63,151 bases of DNA, filler included, from Vannella sp. (GCA_023345925.1; 6 parts of 6 records of this genome joined end to end with filler, not necessarily neighbours in it), one strand, 5' to 3'. Numbered from the whole stretch's first letter, positions 34,903-48,002 are shown. The notes: generated by a model from the letters alone, not told the origin. Numbers and translations: made by a program.

Positions 34903-36128
34903 ATGGCTGCGCAAGGATCTGTCTTCGTCATTGGTAACCCTCTTTTGGATATCTCTGCTCATGTGGATAAGGCTTACCTTGATCAGTGAGTGGGATAGGC
35001 TGCGGGGTTGAAGATGATCTGATCAAGGGGATAGATACGAGCTGAAGCCTTCGGACGCTATCTTGGCGGGTGATCAGCACATGCAGATGTAAGGAATCAA
35101 GTCTATACTCTAGTTGAGGCTTACAGTCCAAAGGTATCCCGAATTGATCGCCAAGTATGACGTGGAGTACAGCGCTGGTGGTGCTGGACAGAACACTGCC
35201 CGAGCGGCTACGGTAAGACACTTGTAGTTCAGGATGGGCAAATCTGATCCCTCAACAGTGGATGGCAGGAAGCCCCAAGTTGGTGACTTATGTGGGCTGC
35301 ATCGGCAACGACGAGTGCGGACAGAGGCTCGAAGATGTCGCTTCTGCTGATGGTGTGAACGTTCAATATCTCAAGGATGAGGAGACCCCAACCGGTACTT
35401 GTGCCGCCTTGATCGTTGAGCAGGACCGCTCTCTGGTGGCCTATCTGGGAGCTGCCAACAAGTACAACAAGAGCCACTTTGAGTCCGAGCCTATTCAGAA
35501 CTTCTTGAAGCAGGCCAAGTTCCTCTATGCTGCTGGATTCTTCCTCACTGTCTCCCCAGACACTTTGGTCGAGATCGGCAAGCACGCTGCTGCAGAGAAC
35601 AAGGTCAGTACCCCTCAGATGCCATTCAGTGGAACCAATGACTGAATGGCATCCCAACAGGTGTTCATGTTCAACCTTTCTGCACCTTTCCTTATTGACT
35701 TCTTCACTGAGCCCCTCAAGTCAGTCCTGCCCTATGCTGACATCGTGATCGGAAACGAGCACGAAGGTGCTGCTATTGGCAAGAAGCTCTTCGATACCGA
35801 AGACTTGAAAGAGGTCGCCACCAAGATTGGTCAGCTCGAGAAGACAAACAGCAAACGCGAGCGCATTGTGATCATCACCAACGGGGACAAGCCCGTTATC
35901 GTCTACCAGAACGGCCAAATTACCGAGTATGAGACGAACCCTCTTGACTCGAAGGACATCGTCGACTCGAACGGTGCTGGCGACTGCTTTGCCGGTGGCT
36001 TCTTGGCTGGTCTCGTGAACGGAAAGGAGGTTCCTGATTGTGTCAAGGCCGGAAACTATTGCGCTTCTGAGATCCTGAAAACTGGTGGAATTGTCTTCAA
36101 CCGCGGTCCTTCCACTTTCCAATTCTAA
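34903..36128 (+). CDS. ADK: Adenosine kinase, multi-exon
   Basis: GNPLLDIS, AGGAGQNTAR, PTGTCA, RSLVAYLGAAN, NLSAPF, VDSNGAGDCFAGGFL. Confidence 0.95.
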
Positions 36129-36393
36129 GTCACTTACTTTGGTAAACCTCATTTTACCTTCTGGATCTAAACAAAGGTTCAGTTGTTACTAACAAACTTG
36201 GTGCCTATCCAAGTGGGTTAGGAGAGTGACCCAACGCACGAGAAAAGTGCCTAGCGAGGATGGCATTCCTCTCTTCCTCTCGATTGAGGATTCCCGCGGA
36301 GCCCATTTCTATCTTGAATGGCCCTTGCCTGTTTGAAAAGGAGATGCCGTATCAAAAGAGAGGGCCTCTAAGCTTCCCAATTTAGAGCAAAGG

Positions 36394-36450
36394 TTGGTCT
36401 GGTTTGGGTCGCTCTTTGATCGATTGGTCTGGTTTGCGTTGGATTGGTCT
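36394..36450 (-). promoter_or_regulatory. Cluster of CCAAT-like boxes (ACCAAT/ACCAAC on minus strand)
   Basis: TTGGTCTGGTTTG twice and GATTGGTCT twice within ~57 nt. Confidence 0.3.
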
Positions 36451-36481
36451 TTGACAGTATCTTTAGCTGGAAAGGGGGCGT

Positions 36482-38411
36482 CTACATGGTACCGACTTCC
36501 ACTTGTCCTGCGAAACGGCGATAAATGTCTTGAAGATATTGGGGAATGGGCCGAGGTTTCGTCTTGGCCAAGGCGGCAGAAAAGTGGCTCAAAGTGATTT
36601 GGGAAGAGGAAAGGTTCTCTCGAAGCGCACATAAAGCTGCCTCTCGTGAAGCAAGGCGAATCTCAGCGAAAGAAAAGTTATCTGTCAGGGCAACAAGACT
36701 ATTCAAACTGACTTCGTCTGTGGGGATGGGCATCGACTTTGCCAGCAATTCGAACATTTCATGCCGCTCTTCGCCATTGGGAAGTCCAACATAGATGGCT
36801 CGGTCTAATCTTCCAGGTCTCGTCATGGCAGAATCTAAAAGGTCAGGCCGATTCGTACATCCAATGATGTAGACGTTGACTCTCTCTTTCTTGAAGTCAG
36901 AATTGGGTTTCAAAGAGAGCCTCAGTACCTTCTACACCGTCTATTTCATTGAGCAGGGTGCTTAATGCGCGTTCTTGAACGCCCCCTCCACCTTCCTCAT
37001 TCCTCTTGGAGCCAATCGCATCCAATTCATCAATAACTATCACAGATGGCGACAGTCGACGAGCAGTAGCGAACAGCTGCCGAATACTCTGTTCCGTATC
37101 ACCCACATACTTTGAAAACAGCCGCGGCCTGGAAGATAAGAAGAAGGGATGAGTTTGGTCCACACCTTGGGGCAATAGTTACCCTTGGACAGGTAGAATG
37201 TTCACAGATTGACCGAGAAGCTTCTTCAAAAGAACATTAACTGCAAAAGTCTTCCCGCATCCCGACGGGCCGAAGAGTAAGATGCCATTGGATCGATTTG
37301 AGAGCTTGGGAGCTGTTAGAATGGCATGGAATCAGAAGAAGTGAACTTACGTGGAACCGGGCGAACTTATCAGGATAAAGGAGCGGCCATTGGATCAGAA
37401 TTTTGATGGATTCTGCCAGTTCGTGACAGCCAGCTATCTCAACCCCCGTTTCTGGAGTGCGTTTTGTTGAATCTATCTCCAATTGGGCTCGTTGAATGGG
37501 CTCAACAGCATCAAGTGCCTTCGAAACACTTTCTTTTGTCACCCAGTGACACTTTGATTCAGGGTCCTTTGGAGAATAGCAAATGATCCGACTACAGAGC
37601 CTCTCGAGATCCTTCGCAACGAATCCAGGAGATCTCTCGGCCAGATAGTCAGACAGTTTGTCCAGTTCTTCCGACTCTCCTAAAAGCTCTCCCAGACCAC
37701 TCCAATTGACATCCAAGTAACCTTGCATCATCTCCATCAAAAGGAACCTTCGGTTCGGTCGAGAGAGAGCCGGAATGAGCAAAGCACGGTCAAAGCGACC
37801 GGAGCGAGTGAATTCCGGAAACAGCATTTTTGGCTCCTCTACCGCTGCAAGGACTCGGATGCCCGCTTGCGTAGTTTGGTCTATGAGACTTAAGAACAGA
37901 GCTCTTATACTCTCTAAGGCAGGCTCGTTGAGCTTCTGTCCCAGGACTTGGACCAAGTTGCACTTTTCGTCTTGCCCAGCTAGGAGGTCCAAGTGATCCA
38001 GGAGTATCCAACTGGGTGCATGGTTCTGAGCTGACTGAAAGAGTCCAAGAAGCTGCTTGTTGCCGCCACTCTCCGTCTCAGGATGCGTCGGATCAGTCAC
38101 CTCTTGGGGGAGAAAGTCTAATGCATCCGCCAAGAACACTGTTTGGTCTCTCTGAGTGAGTTGGTTGGATAGATTCCTATTCTGCTTCATCAGAACCTTC
38201 CTTCTGCACTGAAAGAGCACCCCTACTTCAAGAACCAGCTCTTTCCACTCCCCACAGGACCAGAGAGAAGCACAGGCCCTGCTGCCATCGCTATACTCCC
38301 GTCCACTTCACCATACATCAGCTTCTCTATCTAAACCTGTCTCTCAGACGAGCGCCTCTCACCGAACTGGGCAAAGAGAGGCGCAAAAGGGTCCCTCTTC
38401 GCTCCCTCCAT
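36482..38411 (-). CDS. Double-AAA ATPase, CDC48/AFG2 (SPATA5-like) family, multi-exon
   Basis: Degenerate D1 (GPVGSGK, ILLDHLD, RSGRFDR); D2 GPSGCGKT, FSKYVGDTEQ, VIVIDELD, TNRPDLLDSAMTRPGRLD. Confidence 0.8.
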
Positions 38412-38484
38412 CGAGCAAATGGCTATCAAGGCGCCTTTCCGTCTTAGTATACATTCAACACTCAAGATGAACCACCAAGGAGCT

Positions 38485-39088
38485 CTACTGAGGCTCTCCT
38501 GAGTCTGGATAGACCAACAGCAGTTGGCTTCGATTCCCCTCGCCACTGATGGCAGTTTCGAGGTATGAGATGAGCTACATATATGTCATGTAAGCTATGG
38601 ATCCTTTGGGAGACGAATGGAGCTCACCTGCTGGCGATCTTCGAAGGCTTTTGGCTGGCGAAGGTTAGAGTTGCTGTTATAGAAGACTCCGTCGATCTGA
38701 GGGAGGGCAATCCAGTGTCTAGATGTCAACAAAGAAGTGAGGAATCCAGTGCGCTCTTGATTGAGGATGAAGCCGGTCAGTGGTTCGAAATCAAGCTCTT
38801 CCAAAGTCTTCCTCTTGTCAAACCACTTGATCGTGAAGCCTTCCCTCTTCAAAGCACGCATCAGGACGTTCACATCATAGTTACCCGTCCCCCTGTCACT
38901 TCAATAAGCCCCAACTCTCCACCCCACGCCCACCATACCAGAAACTGCGATGAGGGTTGAAGAAGGTGGCGGGAGTCAAGTCGTACGTGATCTCGTCGAA
39001 GTCCCGCTTGCTGAACGCCTCTCGTTGTAGCAGGTTGTTGGCACAGTGCAATGCACAGAGCTGAAGGGACTGTCGTTCATGGTACATG
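38485..39088 (-). CDS. Josephin (MJD-family) deubiquitinase, 3 exons
   Basis: MYHERQSLQLCALH, NPHRS..GNYDVNVLM, RHWIAL, YNSNS. Confidence 0.9.
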
Positions 39089-39325
39089 ACGACCCGCGGC
39101 CCCAATGAGGAAGTGGCGGGTTTGTGAGTCATTCTTTGGGGTCCGGGGCGGGCATGGCACGCCGTCTGTTTGGCCGTCCTGCAGGGATAGACTCTGCAGA
39201 ACGAGAGACTCTTAATGAGAAGCGGAAGACGAAGCAGACTGCGTTTGCTTGGCTCGCCAGCTTCTTTCAGCTTCGCTCGTCCCCGCGGGAACTCGCTAAC
39301 AAGGGCATTCTCCGTATGTGCAGTG

Positions 39326-40126
39326 ATGAGCTGGTTCTCATTGGTTGAGACTGACGTGGGATGGCTAGCTCCTGTGGACCCAGGACCGGTTGGTGTCTAC
39401 TTTGGTGTTCCGCTGACCAGCATCTACGAGAAGCCGGCGCTTACTCAAGAGAACGTTCCTACTCCTCTTGTTGAGTGTGCTAAGGCGCTACGCCAACGTA
39501 AGCGGGTGTTCTACGCACTCTATTGGAAGAGACACTCAAATAACGGGCAGATTTGAGGGAGGAAGGGCTCTTCCGCGTGTCCGGTAGCTTTGCAGAGATG
39601 AACCGATTGAAGGGGGTCTTTGAGAGCAAGGCTGTGCCTGACATGAGCGGAGTTCACTGCCACGCAATCAGCGGGTTGGTGGAGATGTGGTTTCGAGAGC
39701 TTACTGAGCCTATCACCACGCATCTGCTGTACGACGAGTTCATGGCTTGCGTTTGTAAGTGTCTGCACTGCTCCTCAGTCTCAGAGGACTGATTGGTGAC
39801 CAGCGGATGACATTCCCGACGAAGACAGCATCGTTAACCTCACCAAACTGGTCACGAAGATGCCTCAGCACAACCAAGTGGTTCTTTCCTTCTTCCTGAA
39901 GCTAATGCGCGAGGTAGCGCTCCACGAGGAAGACAACAAGATGGGGACTAAGAACCTGGGAGTCGTTTTCGGCTCTATCCTCTTGGGTGGCGCAGTTCTT
40001 TGCTTCTCCTTAGGTCTCAAGGTCACCCTTGAGAGACAGAACAAAGTCGTCCAGCTGCTCATCGAAGCGCAGGACGCCATTCTCCCCGACCACTCCTTCC
40101 CGGTCTACAACGACTTCCACAGCTGA
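39326..40126 (+). CDS. Small RhoGAP protein, 3 exons
   Basis: YFGVPL, EEGLFRVSG, WFRELTEPI, NKMGTKNLGVVFG. Confidence 0.9.
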
Positions 40127-40245
40127 ATTGGCTCGGCGCCTTGATGCGCTGGTCGACTGCTTATGTAAGATACTTGATGCTTTCAGCAATGAACGTCCTT
40201 GAAGAGCTACCACGACGCTTCAAGATGGTTTATGAGCGCGCCGTT

Positions 40246-41397
40246 TCACATTTCTTCGTCGTCAATGCGCAGAGCCTCCTCATCAGAATCCTCGTCAATC
40301 TGCAGTTGTTCGTTGTCACTGTCAGGCTGTCCAGAGGAAGGCATTGGCGGTGAAGAGAACCCAGGCACGGAGCCGCTGCTCTCCTCGATCTCCTCGAGCA
40401 CTTCTCCCTCTACCATGCTCCGCAGTACCCAATGGGAGTAGCGGGCTCTCTTCCCTGTAGAGTAGATCACTGGTTCTGAGCGAAACAGTGAATGGGAGGA
40501 GGACAACGTTGCGGCGATGCTGCTTCGCCACGCTTTCTTCTGTACCACGTCAGGGTGCACCTTGGTGATGTGATCCACGATCTTCTTGAGTGTGCCTTTG
40601 CCCCCTAAGACTGTCAGCGCTTCCTGCGCCATCTCTTGGTACGCAACGATCTCAGAAGAGTCAACCACCACTGTTGGGCGGTTCGCTGAGGGTCTTCGAC
40701 GCGCACTCTTCCGTACAACAGGTGAGGTAAGAGCAGGCTCTTCATCTTTCACCGGTTCAGCGACTGCTGGCTCCTCATCGGACACGTAAAAGCACTGAAA
40801 GAAGAGCGGGATGGTTTGGATGACAATCTGGCAAGGGTTGGGCAGTACTACTCTAGTTCCAGGGGTCGAGTACGTAGCCAAAGGAGCTGGGGGAAAGGCA
40901 CCGATCTGTAAGCCGTTCGGGGATAGGAGTTCCAATACAAACGCGCCTGCGGCTCGATCCCACTCGATCGCGCAGTGTTCGTGAGAGATCTTCGGCAGGG
41001 AGCCTACATGGACACTGGCCAGTCGTTTCGAAGGGGTGACGCGCCCCAGAGTCATCCGCAGCTCTTCCATTCTTTCCATCAAGTCAGTCGCGCCTTTCAC
41101 TTGAAAGGGTCTCTTTACCTATAAGGTCGCACCAGAGTTGGTCCCTTCAGCATTGCAAAGACAGGAGGAAGGTTTTGGGCTGTAGTAAAGGCTCTCCCAT
41201 CAGTCCCTACGCCAAGAAAGAGACACAAAGGTGTCGTCCATACCTTTCCGTCGCTCCACCAAGTGCTGATAGAAGCCCTGCTGCCGTGCAACATCTATAG
41301 GAACATCCTCTTCCATGCTAACGTCTCCTGCCTCTTGCGCAGTCCGGTATTGAAGGTAAAAGCGCTTCCAAAGCGGAACTTGACCCTCCGGCACCAT
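40246..41397 (-). CDS. FHA plus forkhead-like winged-helix transcription factor
   Basis: FHA (MTLGR..KISHEH..SPNG) preceded by FAMLKG; winged helix YQEMAQEAL..TLKKIVDHI..WRSSIAATLS. Confidence 0.65.
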
Positions 41398-41516
41398 CCA
41401 CGAAGGGGACTCAAAGAATAGAGCTTTTCAACCCCTTAGTGAAGGCTGCGGAGCGTTACAAGCACCGGGGGAGGGCTAAACGCAGAGGGGAAACGATTGC
41501 ATTTCTTCTTGTCCTG

Positions 41517-44500
41517 ATGGAGGTCGCTGTTGTCAAAGGTGGGCCACTTGGGGGGTTGTTTGGGACTCTCTGATGTAGTGTTTAGTTGTAGCGAGCCGAG
41601 GGACGGGTGCTGAAGAGAGTGGTGAGTCAGAGGATGCGAGTTGGTGCGTGTTTGGTCTCACATTCGTTCCCTGTAGGGAAGGCGTTTTGCTACGTTTGGG
41701 GATTGGATGAAAAGAAGAAGAAGAAGAGCACTTCTCATGCAACACAGCCTGGGAGCTTCGCGAACAGCCCGATTTACGTGTTTGTTACCCGTTTGACTCC
41801 TTCTCCCAGCTGAAGCGAGGGACTTTAGCGTGTTGAACATGACAGACCCGAAGACTTCCATCTCTATTGAGCTACGCGATCGATCTCGTTCTGGTGCGTG
41901 AACGGAGGCGGGAGGTGGGAAAGACGTTAACTTTTTGGTCAGAGGGAGGCGCGTTGGGGCACGTCTGCGTGTGTCTCAAAGACATTCTTCCAAAGCTGTT
42001 TGCAGCTGAGAGTGGAACTATTGATGAATGGTGGTCGTTAGGTGCCCGTGCTGAGTGTGAAAGTGGAAAGGGGGAGATTCGAGTCTCAATTACCTTGCCA
42101 GAGCCTTCTCTGTACCAGTTCGCTGCCGACCACTTCCCAAAGATGCTTTATGATTCTCCCAAGGTACTAGAGACAGGCCCAGCCAGTGTGGAAGAGAAGT
42201 TCCGCGAGGAATCGGTCAACGAGTTCCTCAAGTTCGAGGAAGAGTACGTTTCTGTCCTTGCCACGTTGGTCCACACCTTCCGGGACCCTCTCCTCAACCG
42301 CCACATCCTCTCCTCGTCAGAGGCAGCGTCCATCTTCCTCAATGCTGAAGAGATTCTCGACTTGCATCAAACCCTCCTCGGGAAGCTCCGGAAGAGTCAC
42401 GCGGACTTCTCTTCTGTCACCAAACTCATACTAGAGCATGCCAATCAGATGAAGCTCTACGCGCTCTTCTGCAATCTCTCCCCAACCGCTTTAGAGCAAG
42501 TCCAAAAGCTTATTTTGGACCGCCCTGACTTTGCCGCCTTCCTCAAAGAGGACAAACCAGCCTGGAGAGGTAAGAGTCTCTTCTCCTATCTGTTAAAGCC
42601 CATCCAGAATGTGGGCTGCTATCCTGGTTTGGTCCAAGTCATCTTGAATCGGACTCCCGCAGGGGTTGAAGGGCATCAAGAGCTCAAATCTGCCTACAAA
42701 GTCCTTCTTAGACTCTCTGAACGCACTCGCAAGGACATGCATGACCAAAATGTCCAAAACGCATCGCGTGAAGCGTGGAAGATGATCGAAGCGGCACCTT
42801 CCTGTGACAAATACTTGAAGGCTAATTTGCCTCTTCTGGCGTCTCTATCTCAGTTCCCAGGGTCTTCCATTCCCCCTTCTGTGGAAAGACCTCGTGTACT
42901 GTATCACCATAAGGTGTCCTACCAGAGAGACCAAGGAGTCTCGGTACCAGGGACTCTGATTGTCTTTGAGAACGGATTGCTGTTGGTTTCTCACACAAAG
43001 GGGAGCGGCAAATTGGACAAAGCTGAAGACATCTTCCCCTTCATCTCTCTTTCTATGACTGATTACAAGCAGCGCAGTCTCATTGCTGTGGCTCCATCCA
43101 CGATGGCTGGACAACAGGAAACCGTTCAAAAGGGAGCTTCGAAGAAGAGCCAAGCCGAGCAGGACACCAAAGAGCTTTCTTACTTGATTTCCAAGTTTGT
43201 TCGTTTCGAACGCATCTTCAACGATGAAGTCTCCAAAGCCCGTGAGACCTTACAAGCTTTTCACAGCGTTCCCCAGATTGCAGACTGCACCTATGCCACT
43301 ATTAACGCACTTTCCGTCCTGGGTCTTCACCTTTGCAAGGCCTTAGATGTTGTAGAGAACGCTCTTAATATCAATGAGCACAAGGACATTGATTGGCCTC
43401 TTGTATTCACTGAGTTCTTGAGACTCCTTCCCCTCTTTGAGGACGTGGGAGTGCAACTCTTGGCCATGCTTCCCCACTATTACCAGCCAAAGGTCCTGGA
43501 AATGGCCAATCTGACACAAGAACAAGTAACAGCTCTCTTTAACGGGCTTTTTGCCATCGTCGAGCACACTCCTGCTTACGACCGCAGTGCCCAGCGAGTC
43601 CTTTTACGGATCCCTGACAACCCGAAGCTTCCTGAACTACTTTCCTCTTCCCGAGCAATTGAACTTCTCGTAGCAAACAACCAAAAGCTTCGAGTCACCT
43701 TCGACCAATACCTGGCCGTCCTTCAAGTGTCCTGTCAACTTCCCGGAAAGGAAATTTTCTCTCCTAATCGGGTTCTCTTGCACTCCGGTCGTTTGAGAGA
43801 CTTTGACAGCAAACGCAGTGTGAAAGCGTTTCTGTTTAATGACCTGTTCATCACTTGCAAGAGCTCTTCTAAGGAGGGACTTCGGCTGATCCGTAGAATC
43901 TCAATTGCGGATGCTCAGATTGTCACGCTTAGCGATACGTCGTTCCAGGTGATGAAACGCTCCACTGCAGAGAGCTTTTTGATCTTGGAAAGCTCCCGTT
44001 CCAGCCGATGTGCCGCGTGGATAAGTCACTTGCAATCTGCTATTGACTTTTCCACATCTTGCCGAGATGATCGCTCCTTCGTACAGGCTGCTAAGTTGGA
44101 GTGCAACCTTTGGGGTGCTACATCTACCAAATGGACGATCCATCTGCAAACAGAAGCGGACTGGCAGAGTGCCACTGAGGCCATCACGAGTGCCTATCAA
44201 GAGTTCCTGGATCTCATGTTCACGCGTCATAGTGGCACTGTCATTGCTATCCTAGGAACAGGCAAGGAGCCGGCGTGTCTCACAGCTGACGTGGACGGCA
44301 ATGAAGCAGGAACTCTCATGCAACGGGTCGCCACGGGGGAGTTCCTTCACGCCACACTGCAACAGCACACGGCTTCGGCCCTGGAACAGCACTGCACGAA
44401 ACATGTTGATCTTCGTACTACTCTGCAACATAGCGCCGTCCTCAAGCACCAGTTCAAAGAGCGCCCCAGCTTGTCCAAGTCTCGAAGCGGGTCGCAGTCC

Positions 44501-47500
44501 TCCTCCTCCTCGATTCTGACTCCCTCATCCGGCATATCCATTCGAGGTACCATTCGTAAGCGCCTCAAGGCGGTCAAGTGGTGAGAAGGACCGCCAATAA
44601 AGCTTTTCCCGCTCATTCTCACATGGCCAGCCTCCCCGAACCTCAAAAGGAGGACCCGAGAGGTGTTTCGGCGTGTCCGACGTGTGACAGACGCTTCCTT
44701 GTGTTCACGAAGCCGCACAACTGCTTAGGATGTGGCAAAGTGTTCTGCAAGAAGTGGGTGAAGCGTTCCTGTCGTTGTTCTTTGTACTCACGCGGTAGTG
44801 GCGTGTCTGTAGGTGTTTGAACTGGTGGTTGTACTTCCCGGGTTGCCCTGAGGCACCTCGCAACTGCTGTGCTTCGTGCTTCCGCGACATCTCGTCCATC
44901 GACCAGTCTACTTACTTTGAGCGCTTCGGTGCCGACGATCCAGCTGCTAAGGTACTTACCACTCTCTTCTACGACCTCATAGCTTACCACACACCTTCAG
45001 ACGATCATCCTGCTCCACCCAGTGACTCTAACGCGCAAGTTCTGGAACTGGCACGCCTCCATCCTCTCGCAGAAGTACCGCGTGTTCATCGTAGATCTGC
45101 CTGCACACGGATCTCGTATAGATGAGAGGATGAGTGTTCGATCTGCCCACAGCGCCATCCTGTCCTTGATGAAGGAGGTGGAGCTGCCGCCCCACAAGTG
45201 TGTGCTTTGGGGCCATGGCATGGGAGGCTACATCGCCTTGACCTTTGGTGGTATCTACCCCAATCTATGCTCGTATGTAGTACTTGGTACGTGGTGTTGA
45301 AGGCCAGGACCTCACAGAGGGATGAAACAGAGGCATCATTGCCACCGACTGTGGAGAGGTGCGGGACCTTACCTCCAGTGCTCTGTGGATGGCAGGGCAG
45401 AGCTTGCAACTGGCCATCACAAAGAACAGCACGCTTGCTTCACGACCACGTGATGAGCTCAAATCCAATCAGATTGAACCAGAAATGGTGATGGAGAACT
45501 TCCTTCGCCCTGGAACTTACTATCAGGGGTGGGATGGTGTCCTTGTCAGTATCTTCTCAACCACAGTGTTGCATAGACTCACTTGGAATGCAGGAAACCA
45601 TCAACGTGGCGAACTATTCGGAACTTATCCGAAACTTTTCCGGCAAGATTCTCTTTATGAATGGGTCTGACAGCCCTCAAGGTGCAGTAGGTGGCTGGAT
45701 TATTGGGGGTTCACGAATCTTATTCTGTCCTAGCAAGAACGCTTCGTTGGGGCAGCTCAAGAAGCCACTTTGGAGATCATCATGGGAGGTAACTCTTGGT
45801 TTATTGTCGATGAGCGATACCGCCAGAGGGCGCTGCAGGTTGTGGATGACTTTATGGAGACGATTGATTGGACTCAGACCATTGGTGAAGACGGAGAAAC
45901 CTTTTTCCAGAATGTTGTTGTTGAGTCACCCGCTTCCCTCTCCCGCTCAATCCAGGGTAGCCTTGTCATTGAGGAAGACTCTGTCGCCGAGGAGGAACCT
46001 GTCATCGTGAAGGAGCCTGAGGTCCTTCTGGCAGCGGACAATTCCTCTTCAGTGTCAAATTCAAGAGAGATTTTAGTGGAAGAGGAGCTCCCTGCCAAAG
46101 AGGCTTCACAGAATATTGAGGAGGATGTTCCTTCCTCCGGTGTTCCTGTCAGAAAGGAAGATTCGCAAGAAGAGGTTCAACTGGAAACCTCTGTTCTTCT
46201 TGAAAGCGCTGCAGAGATTGCACGGGAAGAGATTCTACATCAAGATGCTACACAATTCACAGCTGAACAGGTACCATCTCAAGATGAGGCAGTCCTACTG
46301 CAGGAAGAATCTCTGCTAGAAAAGACTTTCCAAGCTCCAGAGGAGGAGATTTTACGACAAGAAACCCCTCTTCAAGTTGTTGCTGACGAACAGATTCTGC
46401 GAGAAGAGTTGGAACAGGTTCTGGAAGGAGGTGTGCAAGATCCTTCTCAGCAAGTTCAGGAGGAGAGTACCCAACAAGAAGTGCTGAGGGAAATCATTTC
46501 ACATGAAGAAGCAGAGGTTCCTCAACAAGAAGATGATGTTCCTCAACAGGAAATAGAATCTGAACCGGAAGAAGTAGAAGTTTCTCTACTAGAAGTTGTC
46601 CCTCAAGAAGAAGTTCCTCAACTGGAAGAAGCAGAGGCCCCTCAACAAGAAGAAGTTTCTCAACCGGAAGAAGCAGAGGTTTCTCAACAAGAAGATGCAG
46701 AAGTTCCTCAACAAGAAGAAGTTTCTCAACTGGAAGAAGCAGAGGTTTCTCAACAAGAAGAAGCAGAAGTTCCTCAACTAGAAGAAGCAGAGGCTCCTCA
46801 ACAAGAAGAAGTTCCTCAACAGGAAGAAGCAGAGGTTTCTCAACCGGAAGAAGTGGAGGTTTCTCAACAAGGAGAAGATGTTCCTCAACAAGAAGAAGCA
46901 GAAGTTTCTCAACTGGAAGAAGAAGAGGTTTCTCAACGAGAAGAAGATGTTCCTAAACAGGAAATAGAATCTGAACCGGAAGAAGCAGGGGCTCCTCAAC
47001 AAGAGGATGTTCTTCTACAAGAAGATGTTCCTCAACTGGAAGAAGAAGAGGTTCCTCAACAGGAAATAGAATCTGAACCGAAAGAAGCAGAGGCTCCTCA
47101 ACAAGAAGATGTTCTTCTGCAAGAAGTCTCTCAACTGGAAGAAGCAGAGGTTCCTCAACAAGAAGATGTTCCTCAACAGGAAATAGAATCTGACCAAGAA
47201 GAAGTAGAGGTTTCTCAACAAGAAGAAGCTCCTCAACAGGAAGAAGTAGAGGTTTCTCAACAAGAAGCTGCTCAACAGGAAGAAGTAGAGGTTTGTCAAC
47301 AAGGAGAAGTAGAGGTTCCACAACAGGAAGCTCCTCAAGAAGAAATTCCACAAGAACAATCTCAAGAGGAGCTTCAACAGGAGAACACTCTCGAGGAAGA
47401 AGAACCTCAACTGGAAGGAGAGAACGAGGGCACCCAACAAGAAGAAGTTCCACAGGAGGACCAGGAGGAGGAAACTTCTGTAGAAGCAGCTCTTGAGGAA

Positions 47501-47875
47501 GAGGGCCCCCAACAAGAAGTGCTGCAGGAAACAGTGCCACACAAAGAGGCTCAAGAAGAAGAAGAAGAAGAAGTTCCTCAACAAGGAGACAATTTACAAG
47601 GATCACTTGACCAGGAGCTCTTCCTGGCAGAGATTCTGGAAACTCCCCAAGCAGTGTTGGAAGATCAAGTCCAACAGGAAGACATTCAACAAGAAGATTC
47701 TCAGCAAGAGGTCCCACAGGACCAAGCTCCTCAGAAGGAAGAATCTCAGCCAGAGGACGAAGTGCCAGAAGAGGTGGGTGAGTTCCAGCAAGAGGAAGCC
47801 CCCGCAGAGAGTCCTTCATTGCAAGATAGCTCAAACAATGACTCTCCCCCAACCACAGAGGAAATGACCTTCTAA
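41517..47875 (+). CDS. Giant RhoGEF: C2 - DH - PH - DH-like - PH - FYVE - inactive alpha/beta-hydrolase - Glu/Gln repeat tail
   Basis: DH (EFLKFEEEYV..IFLNAEEILDLH..YLLKPIQ), PH (AFLFNDLFI..AAWISHL), FYVE (CPTC..HNCLGCGKVFC..CCASC), hydrolase (VDLPAHG, WGHGMGG); introns 44581-44630, 44754-44812, 44952-45000, 45273-45330, 45545-45593, 45687-45733 all keep frame; C2 exon structure less certain. Confidence 0.75.
46505..47350 (+). repeat. Coding minisatellite encoding E/Q/V/P repeats (EEAEVPQQ / EEVSQ units)
   Basis: Many imperfect copies of GAAGAAGCAGAGGTT(C/T)CTCAAC with 18-24-nt periodicity. Confidence 0.9.
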
Positions 47876-48002
47876 GGAAAGGACACGAAGCAGTCTTCCA
47901 TCGAAACGAGAAGTCAAGTAAATCCGCTTCTAAACTGCTCAGGAAGTCGATAAAGTAGCAGAAATCCTATTTATTACACTCTTTTGATTATCAAAAGGTC
48001 CC

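Noticed and set aside
38660..38690. Josephin third catalytic residue Asn instead of Asp
   Set aside because: Ataxin-3 also uses Asn, so this is not evidence of inactivity or novelty
46589..47852. Long Leu/Phe-rich antisense and alternative-frame ORFs
   Set aside because: Shadows of the Glu/Gln coding repeat
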